A stretch of 64,000 bases of DNA, from positions 96,001 to 160,000 of the forward strand of contig CBDETK010000013.1 of the NCBI GenBank assembly GCA_965242865.1. The letters are read 5' to 3'. Source of the DNA: Candidatus Latescibacterota bacterium. Its GTDB lineage: Bacteria > Latescibacterota > UBA2968 > UBA8231. A program made the position numbers and the translations under genes. The notes under the pieces are model-generated. The model saw only the letters and a program-made list of their open reading frames with translations. It was not told the DNA's origin and did no database searches. Below are positions 48,367-57,386 of this stretch, piece after piece. Every line of letters begins with the position of its first letter. Within the stretch, counting starts at the first letter, position 1.

Positions 48367-48715
48367 GTGAAAAATGGGGGAAATCACTTGACATTGTTTT
48401 ATCGCTTTTATTGAATAATTAGTGAACATTTGTTCAGCTAAATCGGGCTACAAAACAGCGCAACGGAAGCGAAAAATGAAAACCAACGAACAACCACAGC
48501 ACCTCAACACCGCCCCCCGAGCCTTTGCTCGCGGCGGTGCCAAGATGCGCGTTGAGGCCAGGGCCGGCCGGGTCATCGACGCGCACCAGCGCTTCGCCGC
48601 TTTGCGGCGCGGCTTAGACAGCGGGGCGTTGCCGCCCACCCCGGGCGGACGGCAACGGGTCTGCGCGACATTCACCAAGCCAACCAAGGACCTCATCGCA
48701 AGGAGCAAGAATACT

Positions 48716-48808
48716 ATGCGACGCGAGATCATCAACCAAGGGCTGATGTACGCCATCATCAGCCTCTTTGTATTCGCGATGATGCCGCTCCTGCGCTTCC
48801 TCAGCTAA
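48716..48808 (+). CDS. Putative 30-aa single-TM peptide
   Basis: AAGGAG RBS; MRREIINQGLMYAIISLFVFAMMPLLRFLS. Confidence 0.5.
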   Translation: MRREIINQGLMYAIISLFVFAMMPLLRFLS

Positions 48809-48910
48809 CGGCTCTTTGACGCGCAGCGGCATTGCAACACCGCCCTAGGGCCGCGGCGGCCACCGCGGCCCCAGGGCATCCACCCTCTCGACCTTAGGAC
48901 ACAGAAAAAC

Positions 48911-51346
48911 ATGCAAAACCGCAAGACAGATGTGTGTACTCGGCTGGCCAACTGGTTGTATTGCTTGGGGTCGGTGGCCTGTGCGGTCCTCGGCCCCCGC
49001 GGCCTATACGCCCACCAAGCGCCCGACCGCGCGCTCAGTGCCGTGCGTCTAGAAGGCGTCCGGCCGCTGATCGACGGCGCGCTCGACGATCCCGTGTGGC
49101 AGCAGGCCCCGGTCTTTACCGGCTTCGTCCAGCGCGAGCCCGAGGAGGGGCAGCCGGCGAGCGAACAGACCTCCTTACAGATGGCGTACGACGACGAGAC
49201 CCTCTACGTGGGGATCATGGCGTACGACTCGGCACCCGAGGAGATCGTCTCGCGCTTGGTGCGCCGCGACCAGTGGGCCGAAGCCGACTGGGTCCAAGTC
49301 AGCTTAGACACGCATCACGACCACCAGACGGGCTACGCCTTCTTGGTGTATGCCGGCGGGTCGATCTACGATTCTGTAATCCGCGATTACGGCTGGGACA
49401 ACGACGCTTGGAACGGCGTGTGGGAATCCGCGCACAGCATCGGGCCAGAGGGCTGGAGCGTGGAGTTCGCGATCCCGTTCCACAACCTCCGCTTTAGCAG
49501 CGGTGGCGACTGGGGCATCAACATCGCCCGCTACATCAGCCGCAAGAAGGAACAGGTCTTTTGGGTCATGGTCCCGCGCCAAGAGAGCGGCTGGGTCTCG
49601 CGCTTTGCCCACTTAGAGGGCTTGGCAGCCATCCAATCCAAGCGGACGCTGGAGCTTTTGCCCTACTCGGTGGGCCGCTCCACCTTTGCGGTTGGGCGCG
49701 AATTATTCGGCAATGCCGGCGCGGACTTGCGCTATGGGCTGTCGTCGAATATGTCGCTCAATGCCACGATCAACCCGGATTTCGGCCAAGTGGAAGCCGA
49801 CCCGGCCGAGCTCAACCTCTCGGTCTTTGAGACGTTCCAACAAGAGCGCCGCCCCTTCTTCGTGGCGGACGGCGCGGTTTTCGACACGCCAATCGACTTG
49901 TTCTACTCGCGGCGCATCGGCCGCCGGCCGAGCTTTCACGCCCTGCCCGACGGGCACGATGCCCTCGACGAGAGCGAATCCACCACCATTCTCGGCGCGG
50001 CCAAGCTGACGGGCAAGACTGCGGCCAAGACCACCTTTGGCCTGCTGACGGCCCTTGCTGCCAGCGAGTACGTCCGCATTGAACCAACCTCGGGGCGCGC
50101 GGGGGCTCAAAAGCACCGCGACTTCCTCGTCGAGCCGCGGACCCACTTCCTCGTCGGTCGCGTCAAGCAGGACCTGTTTGCTGGCAACTCGCATGTCGGG
50201 CTTTTGGGCACGGCCGTGCAGCGCGACCGTGCGCCAGACGCCTATACCGGCGGCGTGGATTGGACGCTCAAGTGGCGCGACAATGGATACACCTTTTGGG
50301 GGCAGCTCGCCGGCAGCCTCGCCCCGGTAGATCGGCGCGGCGGTTTCGGCAATATGGCGGTCTTGAGCAAGAACAGCGGTTGGTTGCGCGGCGAGCTGTG
50401 GTGGGAATCCTATTCGCGGCATTTCGAGATCAACGACCTCGGCTTTCAGTGGCGCAACGACTTCTACACCCCTTGGCTGTGGATACAGCTGCGCAAGGAA
50501 GAGGACTGGGCCATCTTTCGCCGCAGTTTCTACAACTTCAATCGCTGGGGCACGTGGAATTTCGACCGCACCAACCTACAAAACGGCTTCGACTTCAACA
50601 CGCACCACCAGCTCAAAAACTACTGGTGGCTCCACTTCGATTACTACCATACGTGGCGGGCCTTCGACGATCTCGACACCCGCGGCGGCCCCCTCATTGT
50701 GAGGCCGGCAAACGACGGCTTTGAGATTGAGTTGGAAAGCGACGACCGCTTCATGGTCAGCGGCTGGGTCGAGTTTGAATGGGAGAACAACTCGGTTGGC
50801 AGCACCCACCGCGAGGTCTCGGGCCGCATCCGCGTCCGGCCGACTTCGCGGTTCGAGATCAGCCTGCGGCCGCGCTATAGCTGGGATTTCAACCATGCCC
50901 AATGGGTCGAAAACCTCGACGAGGACGCCGACGGAGAAGACGATCGATTCGTGTACGGGGAGTTAGACAGCCGAACCCTCGACCTGACGACGCGGGCCAA
51001 CATCCTCTTCAGCCGCGACCTGAGCTTGGAGGTCTATGTACAGCCTTTTATCAGCGCGGGCCGGTACGCCCACTTCAAGGCGTTGGCGCGTCCGCGCTCG
51101 TACTCGTTTGTCAAGCATCTCGGCCCAGCGGAAAGCCCTGATTTCCGCAACCGCTCCCTGCACAGCAACGCCGTCCTGCGCTGGGAGTACAAGCCGGGCA
51201 GCACCCTTTTCATCGTCTGGTCCCAGTTCCGCGACGACGAATCCGCAGTGGGCGCGTTTCGCCCTGGGCACAACCTGCGGCGCAGCTTTTTAGACGAGGG
51301 GACCAACATCCTCTTGGTGAAGCTCAACTATTGGCTGCACCTCTAG
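48911..51346 (+). CDS. DUF5916-family protein with N-terminal CBM9-like domain (copy 2)
   Basis: PLIDGALDD, NATINPDFGQVEAD, FYSRRIG, LRWEYKPGSTLFIVW; clear paralog of 32689-35112. Confidence 0.85.
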   Translation: MQNRKTDVCTRLANWLYCLGSVACAVLGPRGLYAHQAPDRALSAVRLEGVRPLIDGALDDPVWQQAPVFTGFVQREPEEGQPASEQTSLQMAYDDETLYVGIMAYDSAPEEIVSRLVRRDQWAEADWVQVSLDTHHDHQTGYAFLVYAGGSIYDSVIRDYGWDNDAWNGVWESAHSIGPEGWSVEFAIPFHNLRFSSGGDWGINIARYISRKKEQVFWVMVPRQESGWVSRFAHLEGLAAIQSKRTLELLPYSVGRSTFAVGRELFGNAGADLRYGLSSNMSLNATINPDFGQVEADPAELNLSVFETFQQERRPFFVADGAVFDTPIDLFYSRRIGRRPSFHALPDGHDALDESESTTILGAAKLTGKTAAKTTFGLLTALAASEYVRIEPTSGRAGAQKHRDFLVEPRTHFLVGRVKQDLFAGNSHVGLLGTAVQRDRAPDAYTGGVDWTLKWRDNGYTFWGQLAGSLAPVDRRGGFGNMAVLSKNSGWLRGELWWESYSRHFEINDLGFQWRNDFYTPWLWIQLRKEEDWAIFRRSFYNFNRWGTWNFDRTNLQNGFDFNTHHQLKNYWWLHFDYYHTWRAFDDLDTRGGPLIVRPANDGFEIELESDDRFMVSGWVEFEWENNSVGSTHREVSGRIRVRPTSRFEISLRPRYSWDFNHAQWVENLDEDADGEDDRFVYGELDSRTLDLTTRANILFSRDLSLEVYVQPFISAGRYAHFKALARPRSYSFVKHLGPAESPDFRNRSLHSNAVLRWEYKPGSTLFIVWSQFRDDESAVGAFRPGHNLRRSFLDEGTNILLVKLNYWLHL

Positions 51347-51502
51347 GGCGGGAGAGGGCCTTGCCGCGATAGGCGGACGAAGCCTCTTTTTCTTTAGGCC
51401 AGTCGTCCAAACATTGATTTTAGGCATTTGTGCTCCGTAGCTTTTAGGCAAAGCGAACGATTGCACGACACCATACAAGCCCTTTTGCGCCGCCAACCAA
51501 CC

Positions 51503-52417
51503 ATGTCCACGGCCCACATCGCCCGCGCCCTTGCCGCAATGGACGAGCCCTTTGTGCGCTACAAGATCCGCCTCAACGTCTCGGCCCGCCCGCCCAGCGA
51601 GCGCGAGGTTCGCATTCTCCGCGACGAGATCCGCGAGTCGGTTTTGGTTCGCACCCTCTTGGCCGAGTTGGACGCTGCGGGCCGCATCCCCCTCCCCCCG
51701 AGCCACCGCTGGCGCGGTGCCCATTGGGTGCTCTACATGCTGGCCGACCTAGGCTCCGCGCCCCGCGACGAGAGCCTCTGGGCCTTGCGCGACCAAGCGT
51801 GCGAGTGGCTTTTGGACCCCAATCGCTCCGAGCCGGTCTGCGGCGCGATCGAGGGCAATGCGCTGTATTACTTGCTCTTCCTCGTGCTCGACGATGGCCG
51901 CGCCGACGCCTTGGCTCAGCGCCTCGTAGGCCGCTTGCCCAAGGCATTGGGCCGCAGTCCCGCGGCCTTCGGCCACGTGCTCACGGCCCTGCGCGGGCTC
52001 GGGCTGTACGCTCGCCTCCGTGCGGACCGAGCTTCCGCCGAGGCCGCCGCCCGCCTCGCCGAGCACGTGCTCGCCCACCGCCTCTACCAAAAGCCCGATG
52101 GCCGTCCCTTGAGCGCGGGCTGCGCCTCCTTGCACTATCCCTGCTACGAGCACTGCGACTTCCTCTTCGGCCTCAAAGTTATGGCCGAAGCCGGCCAGCT
52201 CGCCGACGTGCGGTGCCGCGCCGCGCTCGACCTGCTCAAGTCGAAACAACTCGCCGACGGCACATTCCCAGCCGAGCGCAAACACTACCGAGTCGGGCGC
52301 GTCGGCAAGGGCGACGACTCACTCGTCGATTGGGGGCGGCCCAACCGCAGCCGCCCCAACCTCCACGTCACCTGCGCCGCGCTCGGCGTGCTTCACGCTG
52401 CGGGCGAGCGGTTTTGA
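51503..52417 (+). CDS. Hypothetical protein, possible prenyltransferase-like alpha/alpha toroid
   Basis: WRGAHWVL..LADLG, LHYP, ALDLLKSKQLADGTFP. Confidence 0.55.
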   Translation: MSTAHIARALAAMDEPFVRYKIRLNVSARPPSEREVRILRDEIRESVLVRTLLAELDAAGRIPLPPSHRWRGAHWVLYMLADLGSAPRDESLWALRDQACEWLLDPNRSEPVCGAIEGNALYYLLFLVLDDGRADALAQRLVGRLPKALGRSPAAFGHVLTALRGLGLYARLRADRASAEAAARLAEHVLAHRLYQKPDGRPLSAGCASLHYPCYEHCDFLFGLKVMAEAGQLADVRCRAALDLLKSKQLADGTFPAERKHYRVGRVGKGDDSLVDWGRPNRSRPNLHVTCAALGVLHAAGERF

Positions 52418-52473
52418 GCACCGGCGCAAAATGCCGATATTGTGCATATTCGCCGCTTCACTGGGTAGCTGCC

Positions 52474-53430
52474 ATGCGCTCTCTGCTGTTGTTCCTCGCC
52501 CTCGCTCTTGCGGGCTGCTACGCGGCCTCGCTCGCGCCCGATCCCTTGGGCCCTTTTGTGGCCCGCACCGATCACCTCCACCGTCTAGAGCCGCTCGGGG
52601 AGCGCGTATTGCACGGGGCCGCGCTCAGCTTTGGGCCGCTGGCCCCCGAAGAGCAGCCGCGCCCGCTCGTCTATGCTGTGTACTATGAACTTCACGACCT
52701 GCCCTACGACTGGCATCTGACGTTGCTCGCGCATCTGGACCAGCACACCGGCTACGGTATTCCGCAAATCGACCTCGGTTTCAACGCGGCCGGCCAGCCC
52801 TACGAGGCGGCCATTGCCGCCGGCCAGCTCGACGCGGCGATTGAGCGGCTCTGCTGGGGGTTGCAGCAGCTAGGCCGCCCGGTTCTGTTGCGGTTGGGCT
52901 ATGCGTTCAACAGCTCTTGGAGCGACTACGAGGCGACGAGCTACGTCGAGGCTTGGCAGCGGCTGGCGCAAACGCTGCGCGGGCGCTGGGGCTTGGACCA
53001 TGTCGCGCTGATCTGGACGTACAAGGCCGACGGTGCGCCCGATTACTGGGCGTACTATCCGGGGGATGAGTACGTCGATTGGTGGTCCATTGACGTGACC
53101 GCGCCGCACAACCTGCGCCGCAGCCGCGCCTTTATCGAGGCGGCGCAGGAGCGCGGCTACCCGGTGCTCGTCGGCGTGGTCACGCCAACTACCACGGACC
53201 TGAGCCGGGCCGAGCAGGCGTGGCCCCATTGGTTCGTCCCCTTCCTCCGCTTCTTGCGCCACCATCCCAACATCAAGGCATTTACGTACATAGATTGGGA
53301 CTGGTCACAGGCGCAGCGCCTTGTCGATCCCGTGCTTTTTGCCCGTTACCGCAGCGAGTTGGCGCACCCGATTTACCAACACGCGGCCTCGCCCGCTGAG
53401 TTGCGCTGGCACTTAAACGTCAATCCCTAG
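52474..53430 (+). CDS. GH26-like lipoprotein, apparently lacking catalytic glutamates
   Basis: Lipobox LAGC; YYPGDEYVDWW signature; RLGYAFN and PVLVGVVTP at the expected Glu positions. Confidence 0.7.
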   Translation: MRSLLLFLALALAGCYAASLAPDPLGPFVARTDHLHRLEPLGERVLHGAALSFGPLAPEEQPRPLVYAVYYELHDLPYDWHLTLLAHLDQHTGYGIPQIDLGFNAAGQPYEAAIAAGQLDAAIERLCWGLQQLGRPVLLRLGYAFNSSWSDYEATSYVEAWQRLAQTLRGRWGLDHVALIWTYKADGAPDYWAYYPGDEYVDWWSIDVTAPHNLRRSRAFIEAAQERGYPVLVGVVTPTTTDLSRAEQAWPHWFVPFLRFLRHHPNIKAFTYIDWDWSQAQRLVDPVLFARYRSELAHPIYQHAASPAELRWHLNVNP

Positions 53431-53442
53431 CCTAGAGAAAGG

Positions 53443-54330
53443 ATGCACCCGATGGATAAAGTCGATGTTCACGTTCACGTTTTTGACCGGCCGAGCGAGC
53501 GGTTCCCCCGCGAGTTGAGCGGCCTCGCCCCGGCCGACCGCGCCTGCCCGATAGAGGCACTCATCGCCGACATGGATGCTTCGGGCATTGACCGCGCCGT
53601 GCTAATCGAAATGAACGGCACCCAAATTGAGCAACACGCTTACGTCACCCATTGCGTGCAGACGTGGCCCGAGCGGTTTACGGCGACCGGCCTGATCGAT
53701 GCGAACGATCCCGACCCGCCCGCTCGGCTGCGCGAACTCGTCGCGGCCACCGGCATTGAGGGGATTCGGCTGGGGGCGTTGGGCGCCCCGGCCGCCCAGC
53801 GGGCCGAGGACTTGGCGACGTACGCGCTCTTTGCGTGTGCCGACGAGCTGGGGCTCAACATCAACATCTACACCGGCGGAGCCCAGTTCCCCTGCATCGC
53901 ATTGCTGGCCGCCGCTTTTCCCGGCGTGAACATTTCCCTCGACCATCTCGGCGTAATGCCAACCACGTCCGGCGGGCCGGATCGGTGGGGCCGCCCCCGC
54001 TTTGATGCCGAGCCGCTGCCACCGGCCAACTACCCGCAAGTGCTGGCACTCGCTCGGTTTCCCAACGTCTATGTCAAAATCTCCGGGGAGTACGCGTTTT
54101 CCAAGCAGCCTTGGCCCTACGCGGACATGCGGCCCATGGTCGAGGATGTGTATCGGGCCTACGGCGCAGACCGCATGATGTGGTGTACGGATTCGCCGTG
54201 GATTGAGGTCGAGCCGGGCTACCAGAAACTGGTGGATTTACTCGACTGTCACCTGCCAGATATTTCCGCCGCGGAAAAAGAGATGATTATGGGCGGGACA
54301 GCACTCAAGCTGTGGTTTAAGGGACGCTAG
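53443..54330 (+). CDS. Amidohydrolase family (Amidohydro_2) protein
   Basis: DVHVHV, LDHLG, PNVYVKISG, RMMWCTDSP. Confidence 0.88.
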   Translation: MHPMDKVDVHVHVFDRPSERFPRELSGLAPADRACPIEALIADMDASGIDRAVLIEMNGTQIEQHAYVTHCVQTWPERFTATGLIDANDPDPPARLRELVAATGIEGIRLGALGAPAAQRAEDLATYALFACADELGLNINIYTGGAQFPCIALLAAAFPGVNISLDHLGVMPTTSGGPDRWGRPRFDAEPLPPANYPQVLALARFPNVYVKISGEYAFSKQPWPYADMRPMVEDVYRAYGADRMMWCTDSPWIEVEPGYQKLVDLLDCHLPDISAAEKEMIMGGTALKLWFKGR

Positions 54331-54414
54331 GGGTCGTCCTACGTGAGTCGAGTGAAGGCAACGGACAATTTGATAGAAGTGGATTTTATTGAAAAACCCA
54401 TCCCAACCCTCAAT

Positions 54415-55587
54415 ATGTCCCTACTCTACTACTTGCCGATTCTAGCCCTCGTCGCCTGTCAGGACTCCCCCAGCGACCCCCAACCGCTGCCCCAAGGCCC
54501 TTATGCCGCGGCCATAGCAGCCGCGAAACGCGCCGTAGAACGCGATCCGACCTCTGCGGTAGCCCACCGCAACTTGGCGGACGCGTACACCCGCGACACC
54601 AAGCTGCCCCAAGCCCTAGCAGCCTATCAACAGGCCATCGCCCTGCAACCCAATTACGCCAAGGCGCAGACCGAACTGGCCATTGTGCTGACCCGCCTCA
54701 ATCGCCACGCCGAGGCCCTCGCCCTGTTAGAGGAGGTCACGCGCACGACCCCGGATTACGCTTGGGCCCAGATGGCACTCGGGCTGCTGTACTTTCGCCA
54801 AGCCCAGTACGAGCAGGCCGTTGCCGCATATAGCCGCGCCGTCGCCCTGCAAGACGACTACGGCGAAGCATGGTACAACCTCGGCGAGGCCCAGCTCAAG
54901 CTCAACGACTCCGCCGCGGCCGAAGCGGCCTATACCCGCGCACTAGCCGCGGATTCGACGGTGGCCAAGTACCGCTACGGCCTCGGCACAGCCTTGTACA
55001 AGCGCCGTGCGTACGCCGCGGCCATCGTTGAATTGCAGCGCGCCGTGTCCTTGGACTCGCTCTTTGCGCCGGCCCGCTTCCACCTCGGCAATGCCCTGTT
55101 GCGCCGTGGCCAGCCGGAAGAGGGCCGCCGCCAACTGGCTCTGTACCGCGAACTGGAACAGCAGGAAAAGCTCCTCGTCGGCCTGCGTACCACCCTGTTC
55201 CACACGCCCGACAAGGCCGAGCTGTACCACAAGATAGGCGCACTATACGGCCAGCGCGGACAATACGAAGAAGCGCGCCGGTACTATATACAGGCCCTCG
55301 ACCGCGACCCCAATTTCGCGCCCTCGTACCACAACTTAGGCAATCTATACTTGCGCCGCGGCCAAGTGGCCGAGGCCGCGGCCCTGTTCCGCACGGCCCT
55401 GCGTGCGGACTCCACTTATGTGCTCGCGCATCTCGCGCTCGGCAATGTCCTGATGATGGAAAAGGCATTTGCCCAAGCATTGGCGAGCTATCAGCGGGGC
55501 TTGCGCTTTGCGCCGGACGACGCTCGCTTACAGCGCGGCGCGGCCCTCGCCCGCAAGTTCGGCGGCACCGGCCAAACGCCGGACTAA
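54415..55587 (+). CDS. TPR-repeat lipoprotein
   Basis: Lipobox LVAC; many TPR units (e.g. AWYNLGEA, SYHNLGNLY). Confidence 0.85.
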   Translation: MSLLYYLPILALVACQDSPSDPQPLPQGPYAAAIAAAKRAVERDPTSAVAHRNLADAYTRDTKLPQALAAYQQAIALQPNYAKAQTELAIVLTRLNRHAEALALLEEVTRTTPDYAWAQMALGLLYFRQAQYEQAVAAYSRAVALQDDYGEAWYNLGEAQLKLNDSAAAEAAYTRALAADSTVAKYRYGLGTALYKRRAYAAAIVELQRAVSLDSLFAPARFHLGNALLRRGQPEEGRRQLALYRELEQQEKLLVGLRTTLFHTPDKAELYHKIGALYGQRGQYEEARRYYIQALDRDPNFAPSYHNLGNLYLRRGQVAEAAALFRTALRADSTYVLAHLALGNVLMMEKAFAQALASYQRGLRFAPDDARLQRGAALARKFGGTGQTPD

Positions 55588-55589
55588 CC

Positions 55590-57233
55590 ATGGCCCTGCT
55601 ATTCCTCGCCTTGGTCGCGGCCAGCGTCAGTGCCCAGTCCGCCCCGCACTTCGTTGAGGTGACCCGCGCCGCCGGCCTTGACTTCCGCTATGTAAACGGC
55701 GCGAGCGGCCGCAAGTACCTGCCAGAGGCCATCGGCTCGGGCGCGGCGTTCTTCGACGCCGATGGCGATGGCTTCCTCGACCTGTACATCGTCAATGGCA
55801 CGGCTCTGCCCGGCTATGACGGCCCGCCCGGCACCAATGCCCACTACCGCAACGAGGGCGACGGCACCTTCGCGGATGTCACCGAGGCGGCGCGCACCGG
55901 CCATGCGGGGTACGGCATGGGGGCCGCGGTCGGCGACGTGGATAACGACGGTCGCCCCGACTTGTACGTGACCAACTACGGCCCCAACGTCCTCTATCAC
56001 AACCGGGGCCAAGGCCGCGCCTTTGCCGATGTGACGGCTCGGACCGGCCTCGATGACCCGGGTTGGGGCACCCACGCGGCCTTTGCCGATTACGACCGCG
56101 ATGGCGACTTAGATCTCTACGTAGCCAATTACATGGAGTTCGATTTGGGCGCGAACAAGGCGTGCTTTACGGGCGCGGCGCGCTCTATCTGCGGCCCCCT
56201 CGCATACCCCGGCCAGTCTGGCGTGCTCTATCGCAACGATGGCGGGCTCGCGTTTGGCAATGCGACGGTCGCGGCCGGCTTGTCCAACGACGAGGGCCGG
56301 CAACTCGCTGCGGTGTTTGGCGACTGCGACGACGACGGCGACCCCGACCTGTTCATCGCCAACGACCGACAGCCCAATTTCCTCTTCCTCAACAACGGCG
56401 ACGGCACCTTTGCGGAGCACGGCATCCTCGCCGGGGTGGCGTACAACGAGGAAGGGCGCGCTGAGTCCGCTATGGGCGCGGATTTTGGCGACTACGACAA
56501 CGACGGCCGGCTCGACATTATCCTCGCCACCTTCCAGTGGCTGCCCAACACGCTCTATCACAACGACGGCGGGGGCTTTTTTAGCGACCTGACGTTTGCC
56601 GCCCAGCTCGGCGCGCCGAGTGTGCCCTACTTGGGCATGGCCGCGGTCTTTTTTGACTGCGACAACGACGGCTTCCTCGACGTCTTTGTCACCAACGGCC
56701 ACCTCGATGAAAACGTGCGCGAATTTGACCCGGACACGACCTATCCTCAGCAAAACCAACTGTTCCGCAATCGGGGCGATGGCACCTTTGCCGATGTGAG
56801 CAACGACAGCGGGCCGGGCCTGCGCGTTGAGCGCGTCAGCCACGGCGCTGCTTTGGGCGATTACGACAACGACGGCGACATCGACCTCTTCGTCTCGGAT
56901 TCGGACGCGCCCCACTGCACCTTGTTGCGCAACGACCCCAGCGGTCGCAACAACTATCTGACGGTTGAGGCCATCGGCCGCCACAGCAGTCGCGACGGGA
57001 TCGGGGCCAAAATCCGCGCTGTGGCAGGGGGCCTCGTGCAAAAGCGCGAAATTCGCCGCAGTTACGGATACATGGGCAGCAGCGATGTGCGCTTGATCCT
57101 CGGCTTGGGCCGCCATGCCCAAGTAGATTCACTGCAAATTTTTTGGCCCCGCGGCGCGGTCCAGACCCTCTTAAACGTCGCAGCCAATCAGCACCTTGTC
57201 ATTGAAGAAGCCGAGAACAGCCATCCTAAATGA
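55590..57233 (+). CDS. CRTAC1-family protein (FG-GAP repeats plus ASPIC/UnbV domain)
   Basis: Repeated DxDxDGxxDL; C-terminal RDGIGAKI...GLG..VDSLQIFWP. Confidence 0.92.
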   Translation: MALLFLALVAASVSAQSAPHFVEVTRAAGLDFRYVNGASGRKYLPEAIGSGAAFFDADGDGFLDLYIVNGTALPGYDGPPGTNAHYRNEGDGTFADVTEAARTGHAGYGMGAAVGDVDNDGRPDLYVTNYGPNVLYHNRGQGRAFADVTARTGLDDPGWGTHAAFADYDRDGDLDLYVANYMEFDLGANKACFTGAARSICGPLAYPGQSGVLYRNDGGLAFGNATVAAGLSNDEGRQLAAVFGDCDDDGDPDLFIANDRQPNFLFLNNGDGTFAEHGILAGVAYNEEGRAESAMGADFGDYDNDGRLDIILATFQWLPNTLYHNDGGGFFSDLTFAAQLGAPSVPYLGMAAVFFDCDNDGFLDVFVTNGHLDENVREFDPDTTYPQQNQLFRNRGDGTFADVSNDSGPGLRVERVSHGAALGDYDNDGDIDLFVSDSDAPHCTLLRNDPSGRNNYLTVEAIGRHSSRDGIGAKIRAVAGGLVQKREIRRSYGYMGSSDVRLILGLGRHAQVDSLQIFWPRGAVQTLLNVAANQHLVIEEAENSHPK

Positions 57234-57276
57234 CTCGAAAGAATGGAATGTTCATCGGCCCTGTTTTTTGCATAGA

Positions 57277-57332
57277 GGGGTCATTCCCGCACAAGCGGAA
57301 ATCCAGTCTTGAATGATGCAGAACTGCTATAA
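57277..57332. repeat. Palindromic dispersed repeat (same family as 14966 and 35219)
   Basis: GGGGTCATTCCCGCACAAGCGGAAATCCAGTCTTGAATGA...CTGCTATA. Confidence 0.6.
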
Positions 57333-57386
57333 ATGAGCGCAGCCAAGCATCTCATGCAGGCCTGCCAAACAACGGAGAACTGTCGC

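Larger units (their letters stand above)
47978..48436 (+). promoter_or_regulatory. Three copies of TTGACATTGT-N13/14-TTG(C/A)(T/A)T plus a TGAACA-TT-TGTTCA palindrome
   Basis: Copies at 47978, 48056 and 48388; palindrome at 48423-48436. Confidence 0.55.

Noticed and set aside
51724-52473. Arg-rich N-terminal 250 aa of the 568-aa ORF
   Set aside because: Shadow frame over the 51503-52417 gene; the lipoprotein signal starts at 52474
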